DNA of 64,000 bases from assembly GCA_963693365.1 (NCBI GenBank), contig CAVNZM010000008.1:744001-808000 (forward strand), in the 5' to 3' direction. The stretch is from Amoebidium appalachense (lineage: Eukaryota > Protista > Ichthyosporea). The position numbers and the translations under genes are program-made. This document shows positions 59,312 to 64,000 of this stretch, one piece after another. A model generated the notes under the pieces. The model worked only from the letters and a program-made list of their open reading frames with translations, made no database searches and was not told where the DNA came from. How positions within the stretch are numbered: position 1 is the stretch's first letter; every line of letters begins with the position of its first letter.

Positions 59312-59460
59312 ACCTTCGCCCCCCTCTCCCCATTTCCGAAGTCCCGCCCGCATGGTATGTATGCATGTGAACTTGGCGCCTCACAAATCACTACAGATTT
59401 ACAATTTACATCCACTTCTTGTAGTACAAGATGTGATGCTGCCACTGTGCCTGGGAGACT
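58354..59460 (-). pseudogene. Decayed non-LTR (LINE) reverse transcriptase relic
   Basis: Degenerate motifs in correct order: LQEV...EAPSSHAYIP (KAPGxDGI-like), KGTIV, VLLDIIKLFSVIYSR, FNIKGFAVVW (DxxKAFDSVW-like), GRRTSEP..ILS, LLYAERV (YADD-like), SAELQ..YCLARW..YKMLVF. Confidence 0.5.
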
Positions 59461-60000
59461 GCGTCTTGCTATCATTGACCATGTGCCCAGACATGCCCAT
59501 ATTTTCAACCAAGCATGAGCCTCTAGCTCGACCCTGAAAGGCTCAAGCTTGAAGTTGGAGTTGTGTATCATCCTCGCCATATCTATTTGGAGCCGTGGTG
59601 CTTCTCACGGTTGGGCTACTGAGCTGAAATGCCATATTCCACCAAGTTTGCCAGAGGGACAAAGTATCTGGCTTCACTACTACCATCTTATCCTGTCTAT
59701 TTTTGGCCCCCAGGTGGCTGAGACCTGAGCCTGTGAGACTTCGTCAACGTTCGTACGTGTAGTCGTGTAGGGGTTTATGCTGTTTACTCGAGGCAAAGAG
59801 AGACCAGTCTCAGGTATGGGGGGGGGGTTTGCTCGGAATATCCCCTCTGCGGTATATCATGATCAAGTACATAGATGTCGGGTGATGATTATATAAAGTT
59901 TACTTTCTCTACGAGGCACCATAAAGACTAAGAAAACCAATTAGTTGGGTTCCCCGTTTTTTTTTTTTTCCGGGTTCCCCTGGGACACTCGGTATCAGCT

Positions 60001-60001
<1 letters not shown>

Positions 60002-60084
<83 letters not shown>
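60002..60084. repeat. (TG)n microsatellite
   Basis: Direct reading. Confidence 0.95.
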
Positions 60085-60086
<2 letters not shown>

Positions 60087-60939
60087 AGAATTTTGTAAAT
60101 GTGTTTCTCAAGCCAATCAATACATCTAATAAACAGGTCATAGCTACGCGTGTTTAGTTTATAAAATCAAGGATGTTGTAATTTTCAGGTAGGCTATCTT
60201 TCTGGGTGTCTGTTGTGAATGTGTCGTGGGTGTGTTGCGGTATTATGTGGTCTATCAAACTACATTTGGCGATACATGATCGTTTAAACTGGTGTGTGTG
60301 TGTGTTGTTTGAGCATGTAAACGATGCCACCTTATACTTATTAGATCTCCACTGTATAGCACGTGTACAGTAAAAGCGTCACGTAATTGATCAATAATAC
60401 CATCAGCTAGAGAGACCAGTTCTACAGGAAGGTAATATGTATTTAGGTGTTATACATTTGCGAGTGCCATATTTGGCAATATGGTTAAGGCGGCCATGTA
60501 TGTATGTATTTGAAATGATGTATTTTATGTATTACAGTATGCGTGTGTGTGTGTATATATATGTACGCCATGTATGTACATGTGTGTACTATCTTACTAT
60601 ATACATATCATGATATGATGATGACTGTGTGACACTGTGTGTGTGTACGTATCTGCATGCATGAAATATTTGCAAGTACCAAAGGAAAAATATATACATG
60701 CTAAGCACAGGCTATGATAACTGAGTGTAACATCACTGTTCAATCACAGTCACAACACTCACGGTGCCATAGGCATAGACAACACGAGTCACAACACGAG
60801 TATGATCATGAACTAACGAACCCCCCCCCCCCCAACACACACACACACACCTCCTCCATGCCCCCCCCCTCACCCCCCCCGCCCTCCCCGCCCCCTTCCA
60901 AACCCAAACACCAACCCCCCAACCCCCTCCGGGCAACTG

Positions 60940-62550
<1,611 letters not shown>

Positions 62551-62901
62551 GAACCCCCAGTGTATCTGTGCACGTTTTTCAAGGCTTTGATGAAGGTCTT
62601 ATTCAGTACCGATGGCAGTTGGGCGGGAGGGGAGGGGGGGGGGGGAGGGGGGGGGGGGGGGGGGTATGGGGAGGGGAATTCGGAGGCTGCCAGTGACTCA
62701 GAGGGGGCAGGGGTGGGGAACTTCGGGGAAGGGGGGGGGAGGGGGGGGGAGGGGAGAAGGAGGCGGGGGGGGGGGGGGGTCGGGGGACTGGGGCGGGGGG
62801 AATGGCCCGGAAGAGGGGGAGCAGGGGGGAGGGGGGGACTCCGAGGGATGGGTTAAGGGGGAGGGGCCGCGGCAGGGGGGCGGAAGAAGGGGGGCCCGCG
62901 G

Positions 62902-62937
<36 letters not shown>

Positions 62938-63624
62938 CCCTATAATAAGCATATAAGTTGGGCACGGTGACTATGACATATTCTTTCTCAAAAGAACTCG
63001 GCAAAGCAACAAATAGCCGCCGTGGCTGAGCCGCTCCGCGGCCGCCAGAGTCGATTGCTAAGCTACAAAATCAATCCGGCGCCAAATTCAATTAATAATA
63101 AGGGATCATCACGTAAGGGCCACCGTATTGCCCAACCGAAGTTTTCGGGCATGGCATACCATAAGGCATTTGCGTAAATTGTAGCCAATCAACTTACAAA
63201 GCACTTAACATTCTTTAAATTCTTTTATGAACATCAGGGTGTATTATATATAAGATGTAGATGTACGGAATACCAGATAACATTGGGGGGGAGGGGGGGG
63301 GGGGGGGGGGGGGGGGAATGTGCTGTTTATTAACGACATGTAGGTGAGCTGTGATGAGATGTCGGCACCAAGGCCAACAGTACTTCCACCCAACAAGATA
63401 TACATGTAAAAATCGATGTTACACTTACATCATACAGATTCTTATGTGGAGATATAACGTATCAGATAGACATCGTATGTGGAGATATAACGTTTTTTTT
63501 TGTGTTTTTTTTTACCGCACAAAATTCTGGGGATGGACATCACAGCAGCATATATGCGCAGACTCTTGTTTGTTTTCTGAGTGGGTCCAGCCGCTTAAGG
63601 TTAATTTAATACTTTACACCTTTA

Positions 63625-63936
63625 TTAATATTTATTATGCTTCTTAGCTTCTACTACATCCTCGTACATAACCGAGAAGCCTCTTAGGAAGGGACCCAAA
63701 ACGGGAAACACAAATCCGGAAGGTGAAGTGCTGATTCCTACCCTGATCAGCTTGATGTTTATTGGCTCAGTTACTCTTCCCGAATCCCGTTGGAATGTGA
63801 TAGCCTGGCAGGCTCTTGGGCTGCCAGGCCGCTGCCTGGCAAGCTGACTCTGACGGTGACTTGAGTCTTTTTTGTTCAGCTTACGAGGTCTGTGTGGCAG
63901 TCTGGGTGCTACAGTAGTCACTTGTGAGTTCAGCAA
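63625..63936 (-). CDS. Possible terminal exon or small ORF (...GFVFPVLGPFLRGFSVMYEDVVEAKKHNKY*)
   Basis: 103-codon ORF in non-repetitive sequence near the window edge; no homology recognised. Confidence 0.2.
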   Translation of the reverse strand: MLNSQVTTVAPRLPHRPRKLNKKDSSHRQSQLARQRPGSPRACQAITFQRDSGRVTEPINIKLIRVGISTSPSGFVFPVLGPFLRGFSVMYEDVVEAKKHNKY

Positions 63937-64000
63937 ATTATCATAGTGCCAGTTTATTTACATCTTTTTTTCCGGATTAGCGTTTTACTCTCAATACTAC

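Overview
Eukaryotic, intron-dense genomic DNA saturated with poly-G/poly-C tracts and (CA)n/(TG)n microsatellites; most ORFs in the supplied track are artefacts of these repeats. An animal-like DEPDC5, a TRANK1-like gene and a PBS matching an animal-type initiator tRNA suggest an opisthokont, possibly a unicellular holozoan (inference only). From left to right: (1) a small two-exon signal-anchor gene (-); (2) a full-length ~9.9 kb Ty3/Gypsy LTR retrotransposon (-, 1858-11797) with a 4-bp TSD, LTRs showing no substitutions, a tRNA-iMet PBS, PR/dUTPase-like/RT/RNaseH/IN domains, an atypical Pro-rich ORF1 and several short, footprint-like insertions; (3) a possible Copia RT relic; (4) a ~42-exon DEPDC5/IML1 (GATOR1) gene (+, 13731-39112); (5) a convergent TRANK1-like UvrD helicase (-) with a frameshift and an in-frame stop, whose large upstream intron-like segment holds three pairs of diverged repeats, two with hairpin potential; (6) a four-exon hypothetical gene (+); (7) several MITE-like elements and a decayed LINE RT. 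The most interesting signals are the short-insertion pattern in an otherwise young retroelement, its capsid-less ORF1 and split chromodomain-like tail, and the structured repeats at 47.2-49.6 kb. All homology calls come from manual motif recognition, not database searches.
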